From Erysipelotrichaceae bacterium (GTDB taxonomy: Bacteria; Bacillota_I; Bacilli_A; Erysipelotrichales; Erysipelotrichaceae), in contig OY781039.1 in NCBI GenBank assembly GCA_963676105.1, forward strand, positions 1,890,001 through 1,922,000: a stretch of DNA of 32,000 bases. Direction: 5' to 3'. Under the pieces are notes generated by a model. The model had not been told where the DNA came from. It ran no database searches and saw only the letters and a program-made list of their open reading frames with translations. Shown here piece after piece: positions 6,362 to 18,854 of this stretch. How positions within the stretch are numbered: position 1 is the stretch's first letter; each line of letters begins with the position of its first letter. Position numbers and translations under genes: made by a program.

Positions 6362-8443
6362 ATGAAAGATTATGCAGCACAAGATGTTAAAAATATTGTT
6401 TTATTAGGTCACTCAGGTAGTGGTAAAACAACCTTAGTTGAATCGATGTTACATTTTACCAATGCGTCTGATCGCTTAGGTAAAAATGCCGATGGGACCT
6501 CTGTTTTAGATTATGATCCAGAAGAAGCAAAAAGAGGCGTTTCAGTCTTTACCAGTTTAGCGCCAGTAGAATGGAAAGATCATAAACTTAATTTTATTGA
6601 TACACCAGGGTATTTTGATTATGCGCAAGAAATGGTCGCAGGTTTAGCGGTTGCAGATAATGCGCTCGTTGTAGTTGATGGTCGTGATGGAGTACAAACA
6701 GGTACCATTCGCAGTTTTAAAGCCGCCAATGAAAAGAAATATCCTATCTTATTCTTTATTAATAAACTCGATGAAGAAAATTCTTCTTTCGAAAAAGTAT
6801 TAAGTCAACTTAGAGAACAATTTGGTAAATCAGTTATTCCATTTGAAATGCCAATTATGGAAAATGGGGCAATAATTGGCTCTATTAATATCCTTAAAGA
6901 TAAAGCATGGTATATAAGTGATCCTGAAACTCCACAAGATGTCCCAGAAAATTTAAAAGCACATGTCGATGAGTATGTTGAAATGATTAAAGAAGCTGTC
7001 GCGATGGAGAGCGAAGAGCTGATGGAAAAATACTTTAGTGGCGAAGAATTTACAGATACAGAACTTCTACAAGGTGTCCGTATTGGAGTAAGAAATGGTG
7101 ATATTCATCCGGTTTACTCTGGTAGTGCAACTCAGTCAGTAGGTATTCGTCGTTTAATGGATTTAATTAGTGCTTACTTCCCATCCTATGGAGAACTAGG
7201 AGTTATTAAGGCTAAAAACTTAAAGGGAGAAGAAGTTGAACTTCATACCAATGAAGAAGAAATTTTCTCAGCTCAAATATACAAAACTATTGTAGATCCG
7301 TTTGTTGGTCGAATTTCGCTCTTAAAAGTGATGAGTGGAACATTGACATCTGATACACATGTCTATAATTCGAATAAAGAAGAATCTGAAAAAATCTCTC
7401 AAATCTTTATTATTAAAGGTAAACACCAAATCGCAGTTGGAAAACTCTTTACTGGCGATTTAGGTGCAATTGTTAAACTTCAACATTCACATACTGGTGA
7501 TACCCTAGCAACTAAAGAAAATCCAGTTATTTTCGAAAAAATTGAGTTCCCAGTTGGAAATCTAGCGATGAGTATTTGGCCAGTTTCCAAAAATGATGAA
7601 GATAAAATGAGTGGTGCCCTACAACGTATTGAAGAGGAAGATCCATCATGTACTGTTGTGAAGAATGCTGAAACCAATGAAGAAATTGTTTATGGTTTAG
7701 GTGATCAACACTTAGATGTCATTGTGTCTCGCTTGAAAAATAAATATAAAGTAGAGGTTGAACTGAAAGAACCTCGTATCCCTTATCGAGAAACCATTCG
7801 TGGAACAGTTACCGTTGAAGGAAAACACAAAAAACAATCAGGTGGCGCAGGTCAATTTGGGGATGTCTTTATTACTTTTGAACCTTGTGATGATGAAGAC
7901 ATGGTCTTTGAAGAAAAAATCTTCGGTGGTGCAGTTCCTCGCCAATACTTCCCGGCTGTTGAAGCAGGACTACGAGAAGCAATGGTTAAAGGGGTATTAG
8001 CTGGCTATAAAGTAGTCGGTGTTAAATGTACTTTGGTTGATGGGAAATATCATGATGTTGATTCAAAAGAAATTGCCTTCAAAATGGCTGCGAAGAAAGC
8101 GTATCGTGCAGGGATGCCTCAAGCAAAACCAGTTCTTCTTGAACCGATTGTAAAAGCTGAAGTTACAGTTCCAGAAGAATTTACGGGAACAGTTATTGGA
8201 GATTTCAATAAACGACGAGGTATCATCCTTGGTATGGACTTCAACGACGATGGTGATCAAGTAGTCTCTGCAGAAGTGCCTATGAGTGAAATGATGCGTT
8301 ATTCAACAGAACTTAGATCATTTACTCAAGGGGTTGGAATCTATACACAAGTCTTTGAAAGATACGATGTATGTCCACCAAATATTGCCGATCGAGTGGT
8401 TAAAGAATCTAATCACAAAGTTGACGACGAAGACGACGATTAA
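6362..8443 (+). CDS. EF-G paralog (EFG-II-like translational GTPase) with Tyr in place of the catalytic His
   Basis: It has EF-G length (693 aa) and domain order. G1 is GHSGSGKTT, switch I is EEAKRGVS, G3 is DTPGYFDY (normally DTPGHxDF), G4 is NKLD, G5 is SGSA. Domain IV has DGKYHDVDSKEIAFKMA. The C-terminal tail VDDEDDD is acidic. The gene starts 10 nt after the ankyrin gene stop. Confidence 0.9.
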   Translation: MKDYAAQDVKNIVLLGHSGSGKTTLVESMLHFTNASDRLGKNADGTSVLDYDPEEAKRGVSVFTSLAPVEWKDHKLNFIDTPGYFDYAQEMVAGLAVADNALVVVDGRDGVQTGTIRSFKAANEKKYPILFFINKLDEENSSFEKVLSQLREQFGKSVIPFEMPIMENGAIIGSINILKDKAWYISDPETPQDVPENLKAHVDEYVEMIKEAVAMESEELMEKYFSGEEFTDTELLQGVRIGVRNGDIHPVYSGSATQSVGIRRLMDLISAYFPSYGELGVIKAKNLKGEEVELHTNEEEIFSAQIYKTIVDPFVGRISLLKVMSGTLTSDTHVYNSNKEESEKISQIFIIKGKHQIAVGKLFTGDLGAIVKLQHSHTGDTLATKENPVIFEKIEFPVGNLAMSIWPVSKNDEDKMSGALQRIEEEDPSCTVVKNAETNEEIVYGLGDQHLDVIVSRLKNKYKVEVELKEPRIPYRETIRGTVTVEGKHKKQSGGAGQFGDVFITFEPCDDEDMVFEEKIFGGAVPRQYFPAVEAGLREAMVKGVLAGYKVVGVKCTLVDGKYHDVDSKEIAFKMAAKKAYRAGMPQAKPVLLEPIVKAEVTVPEEFTGTVIGDFNKRRGIILGMDFNDDGDQVVSAEVPMSEMMRYSTELRSFTQGVGIYTQVFERYDVCPPNIADRVVKESNHKVDDEDDD

Positions 8444-8451
8444 AATGAGAG

Positions 8452-8482
8452 AGCATGTATCACACATACATGCTTTTTTTTG
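8452..8482 (+). terminator. Intrinsic terminator after the EF-G paralog
   Basis: Nine-bp stem AGCATGTAT (8452-8460) / ATACATGCT (8466-8474), loop CACAC, followed by a T-run of at least 8. Confidence 0.8.
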
Positions 8483-8513
8483 TATAATAAGAGACATAGA
8501 CGGTGAGAAAATT

Positions 8514-8993
8514 ATGAATTTAGATAACAAAACAACATGTATTGAACTCTTAGAAAAAAGAGGTGTAAGTGTAGAAGACATTGCCCATTGTGCGATGCAT
8601 CTACAAAAGAAATATCATCCTGAGATTACCTTAGAAGAAAGTATAGAAATTGCCTACAGTGTTATTGAAAAGCGTGAAGTGCAACATGCGATACTAACCG
8701 GTATTCAACTTGATATCTTAGCTGATTCTAATCACGAAATGGTTGGTAATTTAAAAGAAATCTTGAAAACTGACGAAGGCTTATATGGGATAGATGAAGT
8801 GTTAGCCTATGGTATCTGTAATCTTTATGGATCCATCGCCTTAACCAACTATGGCTTTATTGATAAAGAAAAACCATGTATTATTGGTAAACTAAATGAT
8901 GATAAAAATCAGTGCAATTGTTTCTTGGATGACATCGTTGGAGCGATTGCGGCAGCGGTTGCGTCCAAAATCGCCCATACACATAATAGTTAG
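8514..8993 (+). CDS. PgpA-family protein (YutG-like, phosphatidylglycerophosphatase A family)
   Basis: From ATG 8514 the sequence is MNLDNKTTCIELLEKRGVSVEDIAHCAMHLQKKYHPEITLEESIEIAYSVIEKREVQHAILTGIQLD...DEGLYGIDEVLAYGICNLYGSIALTNYGFIDKEKP...FLDDIVGAIAAAVASKIAH. This closely parallels my recollection of B. subtilis YutG. The track start at 8334 lies inside the preceding gene and upstream of its terminator. Confidence 0.75.
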   Translation: MNLDNKTTCIELLEKRGVSVEDIAHCAMHLQKKYHPEITLEESIEIAYSVIEKREVQHAILTGIQLDILADSNHEMVGNLKEILKTDEGLYGIDEVLAYGICNLYGSIALTNYGFIDKEKPCIIGKLNDDKNQCNCFLDDIVGAIAAAVASKIAHTHNS

Positions 8994-9007
8994 GAGACAC
9001 TTTATAT

Positions 9008-9448
9008 ATGAAAAAATTAATCACAAGCATTTTACTTATTAGTCTTTTATTAACAGGTTGTGCTGAAAAAGGAATTACAGAAGTAAAACCAAGTGCGATA
9101 TTGAACCAATTTGAACAGGAAGAAAGTTTTATTGTTTATTTAGGTTTATCTTATTGTTCAGCATGTAAGATTTTTAGATCTGTGATTGAGTCATCAATGA
9201 AAACAGAAGATTTTGATGTGCTTTATTTAGAATATGATGTCTTAATGGAAAACGATGCCGATGCAGCTGATTTAGAAACATTGATAGCTGATTATTTAGA
9301 TCAATATGAAACTTTTGCCTACACATTCCCTGTTTTATATGTTGTAGATAGAGGTGAAATCATTGATCAATTCTCACTTCAACAAACGGATACAGAAACG
9401 GAGTTTATTGATCGTTTAAAAGCCGATGGAGTCTTATTGAGTGAATAA
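9008..9448 (+). CDS. Thioredoxin-fold lipoprotein (CxxC)
   Basis: It has a signal peptide with lipobox LLLTGC, and a CSAC motif within FIVYLGLSYCSACKIF, which is the thioredoxin-like beta-strand/CxxC/helix context. An AGGAGA SD is present. Confidence 0.6.
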   Translation: MKKLITSILLISLLLTGCAEKGITEVKPSAILNQFEQEESFIVYLGLSYCSACKIFRSVIESSMKTEDFDVLYLEYDVLMENDADAADLETLIADYLDQYETFAYTFPVLYVVDRGEIIDQFSLQQTDTETEFIDRLKADGVLLSE

Positions 9449-10232
9449 GAAACAAGAAGTTTCAATTATCACAAGACAGACATTAAGAGATGGATTTTTA
9501 GCATGCGGACTTCATAAAGGCGATATCGTCGAGGTGCATGCTTCTTTAAAAGCAATTGGTTATTTAGTGGGTGGGCCACAAATCGTTATTGATGCATTAG
9601 TAGATGTGATTGGAATCGAAGGGACAATTGTCATGGCTGCACAAGCTTATGATAATTCTGAACCAGCGTTCTTTGAAAACCCTCCAATTCCTGTGCAAGA
9701 TTATGATCGCTTTAGAAAAAGTCGACCAGCATATCGAGGCAAACTTGAAAATATTCGACCAATGGGTGAATTAGCAAGAGCACTACTCAGTCGCCCAAAT
9801 AGTTATTTATCAGATCATCCGCGCGATGCCTTTATCGCTATGGGTAAATACGCTAAATGGATCACACAAAATCATCCTTTATCATCTGAGCTAGGACCAG
9901 ATTCTCCTTTAGGTAAAATGTTGGAGTTAAAATCTAAAATTTTATTAATTGGGGTAGATTATGACAATGCCACAGGCATGCATTTAGGTGAACACTTAAG
10001 TGGTAAACGAGAACATATTCTACAAGGTGCACGTATTGTGATTCATGGCGAAAGTCATTGGGTTAAGTTTAATGCGACAGATTATGATTCGAATGTATTT
10101 GTAGAACCTGGAAAAAGACTAGAAGAAAAAGGGCTTGTAAAATTTGGACAAATTGGCTCCGCTAAGGTAAAGTTATATACATTAGAAGCTGCGACAGAAG
10201 TTACGAAAGCTTACTTTGAGGAGGTCTTATGA
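9441..10232 (+). CDS. Aminoglycoside N3-acetyltransferase family protein (AAC(3)/YokD-like, Antibiotic_NAT)
   Basis: Family-typical N-terminus: ..LRDGFLACGLHKGDIVEVHASLKAIGYLVGGPQIVIDALVDVIGIEGTIVMAAQ. Later motifs are LLIGVDYDNATGMHLGEH. The start is GTG and overlaps the upstream stop by 8 nt. Confidence 0.75.
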   Translation: MNKKQEVSIITRQTLRDGFLACGLHKGDIVEVHASLKAIGYLVGGPQIVIDALVDVIGIEGTIVMAAQAYDNSEPAFFENPPIPVQDYDRFRKSRPAYRGKLENIRPMGELARALLSRPNSYLSDHPRDAFIAMGKYAKWITQNHPLSSELGPDSPLGKMLELKSKILLIGVDYDNATGMHLGEHLSGKREHILQGARIVIHGESHWVKFNATDYDSNVFVEPGKRLEEKGLVKFGQIGSAKVKLYTLEAATEVTKAYFEEVL

Positions 10233-10690
10233 AGGGTGTATTAAGAGTTATTAAAAGTTATGTAGAAGTAGAAGTTAAAGATGGAGCAGTTGTTGGCTGC
10301 GAATTTTGTGATGCGAGTGATGTGGATTTAAAAGATGATCCACTACTTATCGAATTACAAAAACAGTTTGACGAATATACGCATTTTACACGACATGCGT
10401 TCGATGTTCCACTTCATGTTGAAGGAACAGAGTTTCAACAAAAGGTATGGGATGCACTATGTACGATCCCATTTGGTGAAGTGAGAACTTATAAACAAAT
10501 TGCGGAACAAATCGGTGAACCAAAAGCGTTTAGAGCAGTTGGTGGTGCCTGTAATAAAAATCCAATTGGTGTCATTATCCCATGTCATAGAGTTGTGGGT
10601 TCAAATGGTAAACTCACAGGCTACGCGGGTGGCTTAGAACTTAAACAATTCTTACTCAATCACGAAGATACGATTAACAAGCATGCATAA
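10229..10690 (+). CDS. ogt: Methylated-DNA--protein-cysteine methyltransferase
   Basis: The active-site motif IPCHRVVG is preceded by TEFQQKVWDALCTIPFGEVRTYKQIAEQIG.PKAFRAVGGACNKNP, which is canonical for the MGMT/Ogt C-terminal domain. The start overlaps the upstream gene as ATGA. Confidence 0.9.
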   Translation: MKGVLRVIKSYVEVEVKDGAVVGCEFCDASDVDLKDDPLLIELQKQFDEYTHFTRHAFDVPLHVEGTEFQQKVWDALCTIPFGEVRTYKQIAEQIGEPKAFRAVGGACNKNPIGVIIPCHRVVGSNGKLTGYAGGLELKQFLLNHEDTINKHA

Positions 10691-10701
10691 TGCTTGTTTT
10701 T
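10676..10701 (+). terminator. Intrinsic terminator overlapping the ogt stop codon
   Basis: Stem AACAAGCAT (10676-10684) / ATGCTTGTT (10690-10698), 5-nt loop, then a T-run. Confidence 0.6.
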
Positions 10702-10729
10702 AATTGTGTGCAATTTAAAATATAAATAG

Positions 10730-11425
10730 ATGAAAAATAAACTTAAAAAAACACTAATAACAGTATGCGTATTAATTCTGCTTTTAGGACTTGCTTTTAT
10801 TATCTACGTAAATGATTATTATCGTGCAGATTCAATAGCGACTGGCTATCTAGAAAATGATTCAACACTTGTGATTGAGGATGATTTTATATTGCTTCCA
10901 AGCGATAGTGATACTGCCTTTATCTTTTATCCAGGTGGAAAAGTTGAAGTAAGTGCATATTTACCGATATTAGAAAAAATTAGAACTGAGACTAAAATGA
11001 ATATTTACTTAGTCGAGATGCCTTTTAATCTAGCGGTTTTTAACATTAATGCAGCAAATTCAATCATTCAATCTAATGAAACGATCAAGACATGGATTAT
11101 TGGAGGTCATTCTTTAGGTGGGGCTATGGCGAGCCAATATGCATCAAAAAATCCTGAGTCAGTTGACGCCTTAATTCTAATGGGAGCTTACATTTATGGT
11201 GATTATCCAGTGGAGAATACATTAACAATTTATGGATCTTTAAATACATCGGTTGCAGATAAACTTGAATATGATACAAATGTTGTCGTAATCGAGGGTG
11301 GTAATCATGCCCAATTTGGTAACTATGGTGAACAAGATGGTGACGAGAGCGCTACTATTTCACGTGATAATCAACAAGCTGAAACTGTGAAAGCTATCTC
11401 ACATTTCTTGGAGGATTTCAAATGA
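10730..11425 (+). CDS. Membrane-anchored alpha/beta hydrolase
   Basis: It has an N-terminal TM anchor (LITVCVLILLLGLAFIIYV), the nucleophile elbow GHSLGG, and a late GGNH motif. Confidence 0.7.
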   Translation: MKNKLKKTLITVCVLILLLGLAFIIYVNDYYRADSIATGYLENDSTLVIEDDFILLPSDSDTAFIFYPGGKVEVSAYLPILEKIRTETKMNIYLVEMPFNLAVFNINAANSIIQSNETIKTWIIGGHSLGGAMASQYASKNPESVDALILMGAYIYGDYPVENTLTIYGSLNTSVADKLEYDTNVVVIEGGNHAQFGNYGEQDGDESATISRDNQQAETVKAISHFLEDFK

Positions 11426-11940
11426 ACGGGAAAATAATTTTAAATATTGCGATGAGTTTAGATGGATATATCGCTAGAGAAGATGATACGTATGATTGGA
11501 TTGTTGGGCATGGTGATAAAAAACTGAACACAGAAAATACATTTGATTATGTTGAATGGTTGAATTCGATTGATGTAGTGGCTATGGGGAAGCGCTGTTT
11601 TGACTTGAACATGCATCAAGAATTTAAGGACAAAGAAATTTTGATTGCGACACATTCCAAACAAACTAATCACGCTAATATATATTTTACAAATGATTTA
11701 ATTAATAGATTAACGATGGAAAAGAATAAAGGTAAAAACATCTATCTTTTTGGTGGTGGAAAAGTCATCGAAGATTTAATCAAAAAAGAGTTAATAGACG
11801 AGTATATTATTGGGATTGTTCCAAGTATATTAGGTGAGGGTATTCCATTGTTTTATCCACATAAAAATGCCACATCTTTAAAGTTGATTGAAAACTATAT
11901 TGATAATGGCATTGTTATTATGAAATATGTTAAAGCTTAG
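11422..11940 (+). CDS. Dihydrofolate reductase family protein (RibD C-terminal domain type)
   Basis: The N-terminus KIILNIAMSLDGYIAREDDTYDWI, plus ..IYLFGGGKVIEDLIKKELIDEYIIGIVPSILGEGIPLF, is typical of the RibD_C/YwjB family. The start overlaps the upstream gene as ATGA. Confidence 0.75.
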   Translation: MNGKIILNIAMSLDGYIAREDDTYDWIVGHGDKKLNTENTFDYVEWLNSIDVVAMGKRCFDLNMHQEFKDKEILIATHSKQTNHANIYFTNDLINRLTMEKNKGKNIYLFGGGKVIEDLIKKELIDEYIIGIVPSILGEGIPLFYPHKNATSLKLIENYIDNGIVIMKYVKA

Positions 11941-12407
11941 AAACTGGTGTTTAAAATCAGTTTTTTTATTATTGCCTCAAAAAACTCTTGAAGTTCATTG
12001 TCAAATCGATTGTGAATTGGTGAGTCAAGATCGAGTACACCAATGAGTTTATTATCGACAACTATTGGGACAACAAGTTCTGAATTTGAGGCACTATCGC
12101 ATGCAATGTGTCCGGGAAATTCGTGAACATCTTTAATGTTTAATGTTGTTCTTTCAATCGCAGCTGTACCACATACACCTTTTCCCATTTTGATTCGTGT
12201 ACATGCACTTAATCCTTGAAAAGGTCCAAGGACTAATTCCTTATCCTTATATATATAGAAGCCAGCCCAATTTAAATCTTCAATGTTGTGATAGATTAAA
12301 GCTGATAAATTTGCGCAATTCGCAATTAGATCTGTTTCGTCTTCAAGTAGTGCTTCAGCTTGTTTTAAAAGCAGTTCTGTGTCATTTGTTTTTGTGTGAT
12401 CAAACAT
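11937..12407 (-). CDS. msrC: Free methionine-(R)-sulfoxide reductase (GAF domain, YebR/MsrC family)
   Basis: NWAGFYIY..ELVLGPFQGLSACTRIKMGKGVCGTAA...DVHEFPGHIACDSASNSELVVPIVVDNKLIGVLDLDS matches, almost motif for motif, my recollection of E. coli YebR. Confidence 0.85.
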   Translation of the reverse strand: MFDHTKTNDTELLLKQAEALLEDETDLIANCANLSALIYHNIEDLNWAGFYIYKDKELVLGPFQGLSACTRIKMGKGVCGTAAIERTTLNIKDVHEFPGHIACDSASNSELVVPIVVDNKLIGVLDLDSPIHNRFDNELQEFFEAIIKKLILNTSF

Positions 12408-12444
12408 AAACTTATCCTAGCACAATTATGTTAAAATAAATACC

Positions 12445-12520
12445 GTGAACAGGGGTGCCCTTAGCGGCTGAGAAAAACCCTCATCACCTGATCTAGTTAA
12501 GACTAGCGTAGGGAGCTCAC
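12445..12520 (+). promoter_or_regulatory. TPP (THI-box) riboswitch aptamer
   Basis: The conserved elements are present in the correct order: AGGGGTGCCC...GGCTGAGA...ACCC...CACCTGATCTAGTTAAGACTAGCGTAGGGA. The P1 stem is GTGA..TCAC. An extended -10 TGtTAAAAT lies upstream at 12429-12437, and a thiamine transporter gene lies downstream. Confidence 0.85.
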
Positions 12521-12528
12521 TTGCTCTT

Positions 12529-12560
12529 TACCTTCTTACGTTTACGGGAGGTATTTTTTT
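12529..12560 (+). terminator. TPP riboswitch expression platform: a hairpin that sequesters the SD and is followed by a U-run
   Basis: TACCTTC (12529-12535) pairs with GGAGGTA (12547-12553, one G-U pair). This buries the thiT SD GGGAGG (12546-12551). Seven T's (12554-12560) run directly into ATG 12561. Confidence 0.6.
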
Positions 12561-13070
12561 ATGAAAAGATCGGTTGTTTTTGAAAGTGTACAAATGGCAT
12601 TGTACGCAGCATTGTTTATCGTGTTAGATTATTTATCTAACCAAATTGGCATCTTTAGAATGCCGCAAGGTGGAACGATTGGTTTAAGTACTTTAGTTCT
12701 ACTGATTGCTTCATATCAATTAGGATGGAAAAAAGGTGTAGTAGTTGCTTTAGTGACCATTCCACTACAAGGAATGTTTGCGCCGTATTATTCAGTTGAT
12801 ATTCTAGACTTCTTCTTTGAGTATATCTTAGCTTTTGGTGTTTATGGTTTGGCAAGTCTATTTCCAAATATCAAAAAACCATTACCTATTTTCACCGGTG
12901 TTATTATTGTGAATCTTGTAAGGTTAGCGATTCACACATATGCAGGCGTCGTTTATTGGGGAGCAACATGGTCAGGTTCATTTACTTATAATGCGTGGTA
13001 TATGATACCAACATTAATTGTTGGAGTCTTACTAGTTCCACCAATTTTAAAAAGACTACCAAAATATTAA
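12561..13070 (+). CDS. thiT: Thiamine transporter ThiT (ECF S-component)
   Basis: It is a 169-aa six-helix membrane protein with the MPQGGTIGLS motif typical of ThiT/YuaJ, and it sits directly behind a TPP riboswitch. Confidence 0.8.
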   Translation: MKRSVVFESVQMALYAALFIVLDYLSNQIGIFRMPQGGTIGLSTLVLLIASYQLGWKKGVVVALVTIPLQGMFAPYYSVDILDFFFEYILAFGVYGLASLFPNIKKPLPIFTGVIIVNLVRLAIHTYAGVVYWGATWSGSFTYNAWYMIPTLIVGVLLVPPILKRLPKY

Positions 13071-13082
13071 TGTATACATAAT

Positions 13083-13109
13083 AAGGATAGGCAACTATCC
13101 TTTTGTTTT
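13083..13109 (+). terminator. Intrinsic terminator after thiT
   Basis: Stem AAGGATAG (13083-13090) / CTATCCTT (13095-13102), loop GCAA, then TTGTTTT. Confidence 0.65.
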
Positions 13110-13159
13110 AACTGCTAAAAATTTGTATAATATACAAGCACGTGTAAAAGGAGATATGC

Positions 13160-13690
13160 ATGAAATTAGAAGTTGGCCAAAATGTTATCATTCAAAGTTT
13201 CAAGCATGATGGTAGCCTACACCGTTCCTGGTTATACAGTACTGTGCTCGATGTATTTGATGATTATGTTGTGGTATACAACAACAAAACTTGGGTTATT
13301 GAGTCAGATGGAAGACGTTGGTTTACAAGAGAACCAGCAATATGTTTCTTTTATACCAATAAATGGTATAACGTCATTTCAATGATTCGTAAGAATGGAA
13401 TTTTCTATTATTGTAATATCGCATCACCAAGTTTATATGATGGTGAAGCAATAAAGAATATTGATTATGATTTAGATGTTAAAGTCTTTCCGGATGATAA
13501 ATATATTATTCTTGATGAGGATGAATATATCGATCATGGACGCAAGATGGAATATCCAAATGAATTGAAAGAAGTCCTAGAATCACAGATGTCACAGCTG
13601 ATAGAAATGATCAAAGTTAAAGAAGGTCCATTTGATTTAGATGTGATACAGAAATATCACGAGAAATACATTAATATAAGTAAAAGGTAA
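13160..13690 (+). CDS. ntdP: Nucleoside tri/diphosphate phosphatase (DUF402, Ntdp/YgaC family)
   Basis: IQSFKHDGSLHRSW...ESDGRRWFTREPAICFF..KWYNVISMIRKNGIFYYCNIASP...IDYDLDVKVFPDDKYIILDEDEY closely parallels my recollection of S. aureus SA1684. Confidence 0.8.
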   Translation: MKLEVGQNVIIQSFKHDGSLHRSWLYSTVLDVFDDYVVVYNNKTWVIESDGRRWFTREPAICFFYTNKWYNVISMIRKNGIFYYCNIASPSLYDGEAIKNIDYDLDVKVFPDDKYIILDEDEYIDHGRKMEYPNELKEVLESQMSQLIEMIKVKEGPFDLDVIQKYHEKYINISKR

Positions 13691-13752
13691 AGCGGCTTTA
13701 AGAATTAATGAAAGCGCTTTACAAAACTTATGAAAAAAAGTTTAAAAAAGCG

Positions 13753-13781
13753 TTGACACAGTGTTGACGCTTTGATATTAT
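13753..13781 (+). promoter_or_regulatory. rrn operon 1 promoter
   Basis: Consensus TTGACA (13753-13758), a 17-nt spacer, then TATTAT (13776-13781), with A-rich UP-like sequence upstream. Confidence 0.7.
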
Positions 13782-13936
13782 TAGTAGGCACTCGTTGAGA
13801 AACAAACGGCTTAAAGGGCTGAGGAAATGAGACAACGAAGAGCGCTGTTCTTTGAAAACTAAATAGGAAACAACGTCAATTTCAATCAATAATTGAAATC
13901 AAATCTCAGGGATGAGATTTAAATCTAAGAGCATAT

Positions 13937-15457
<1,521 letters not shown>

Positions 15458-15740
15458 AAGGAGAAAGAATTTTTTTAAACAAAAACCTAACGTTGGTTTC
15501 CTATTTAGTTTTGAGAGTACAGCTCTCAGAAGTGGTTCTTTGAAAACCGAATAACAGATATGAAAAGACATGATCTTTCTGAATAGTTGAAAAATTATTA
15601 GAAAAATTAAGATTTTTACATTACGAGAAACAAAAAACAATTTTTGAAAACAGAATTGTTTTAGTTAAAAACAAAACAGTAATCAAGCAATCAAAGTATA
15701 TTATTTATACGTGAACACACATATAAAAAAATTTAAACGT

Positions 15741-18636
<2,896 letters not shown>

Positions 18637-18735
18637 CCCATAACTAATATAAAAACATCAATTATTTTCAGAAAGAGAATAGCCCTTTAATCAAATATAT
18701 CTATTATTCGGTTTTGAGAGAATCAACTCTCATGA

Positions 18736-18849
18736 TCTGGTGACGATAGCGTAGTGGTCACACCTGTTCCCATCCCGAACACAGAAGTTAAGCACTACAG
18801 CGGTGACAATAGCATGGCTTGCCCATGTGAAGATAACACGTTGCCGGTT
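18736..18849 (+). rRNA. rrf: 5S rRNA, operon 1
   Basis: TCTGGTGACGATAGCGTAGTGGTCACACCTGTTCCCATCCCGAACACAGAAGTTAAGC... ends in ...CGTTGCCGG, which closes helix I. Confidence 0.9.
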
Positions 18850-18854
18850 ACATT

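Noticed and set aside
9441-10232. The AAC(3)-family gene as part of an acquired resistance island.
   Set aside because: There is no transposase, integrase, inverted repeat or tRNA target nearby. The gene is translationally coupled to housekeeping-type neighbours. Chromosomal YokD-like AAC(3)-family genes of unknown role are common in Bacillota.
15458-15740. tRNA genes (Ile/Ala) in the 16S-23S spacer or after 5S, as found in many Bacillota and some Acholeplasma operons.
   Set aside because: The spacers are AT-rich, with no cloverleaf-capable GC-rich 70-90 nt segment and no GGTTCGAATCC-type T-arm. Only boxA-like and processing-stem sequences are present.
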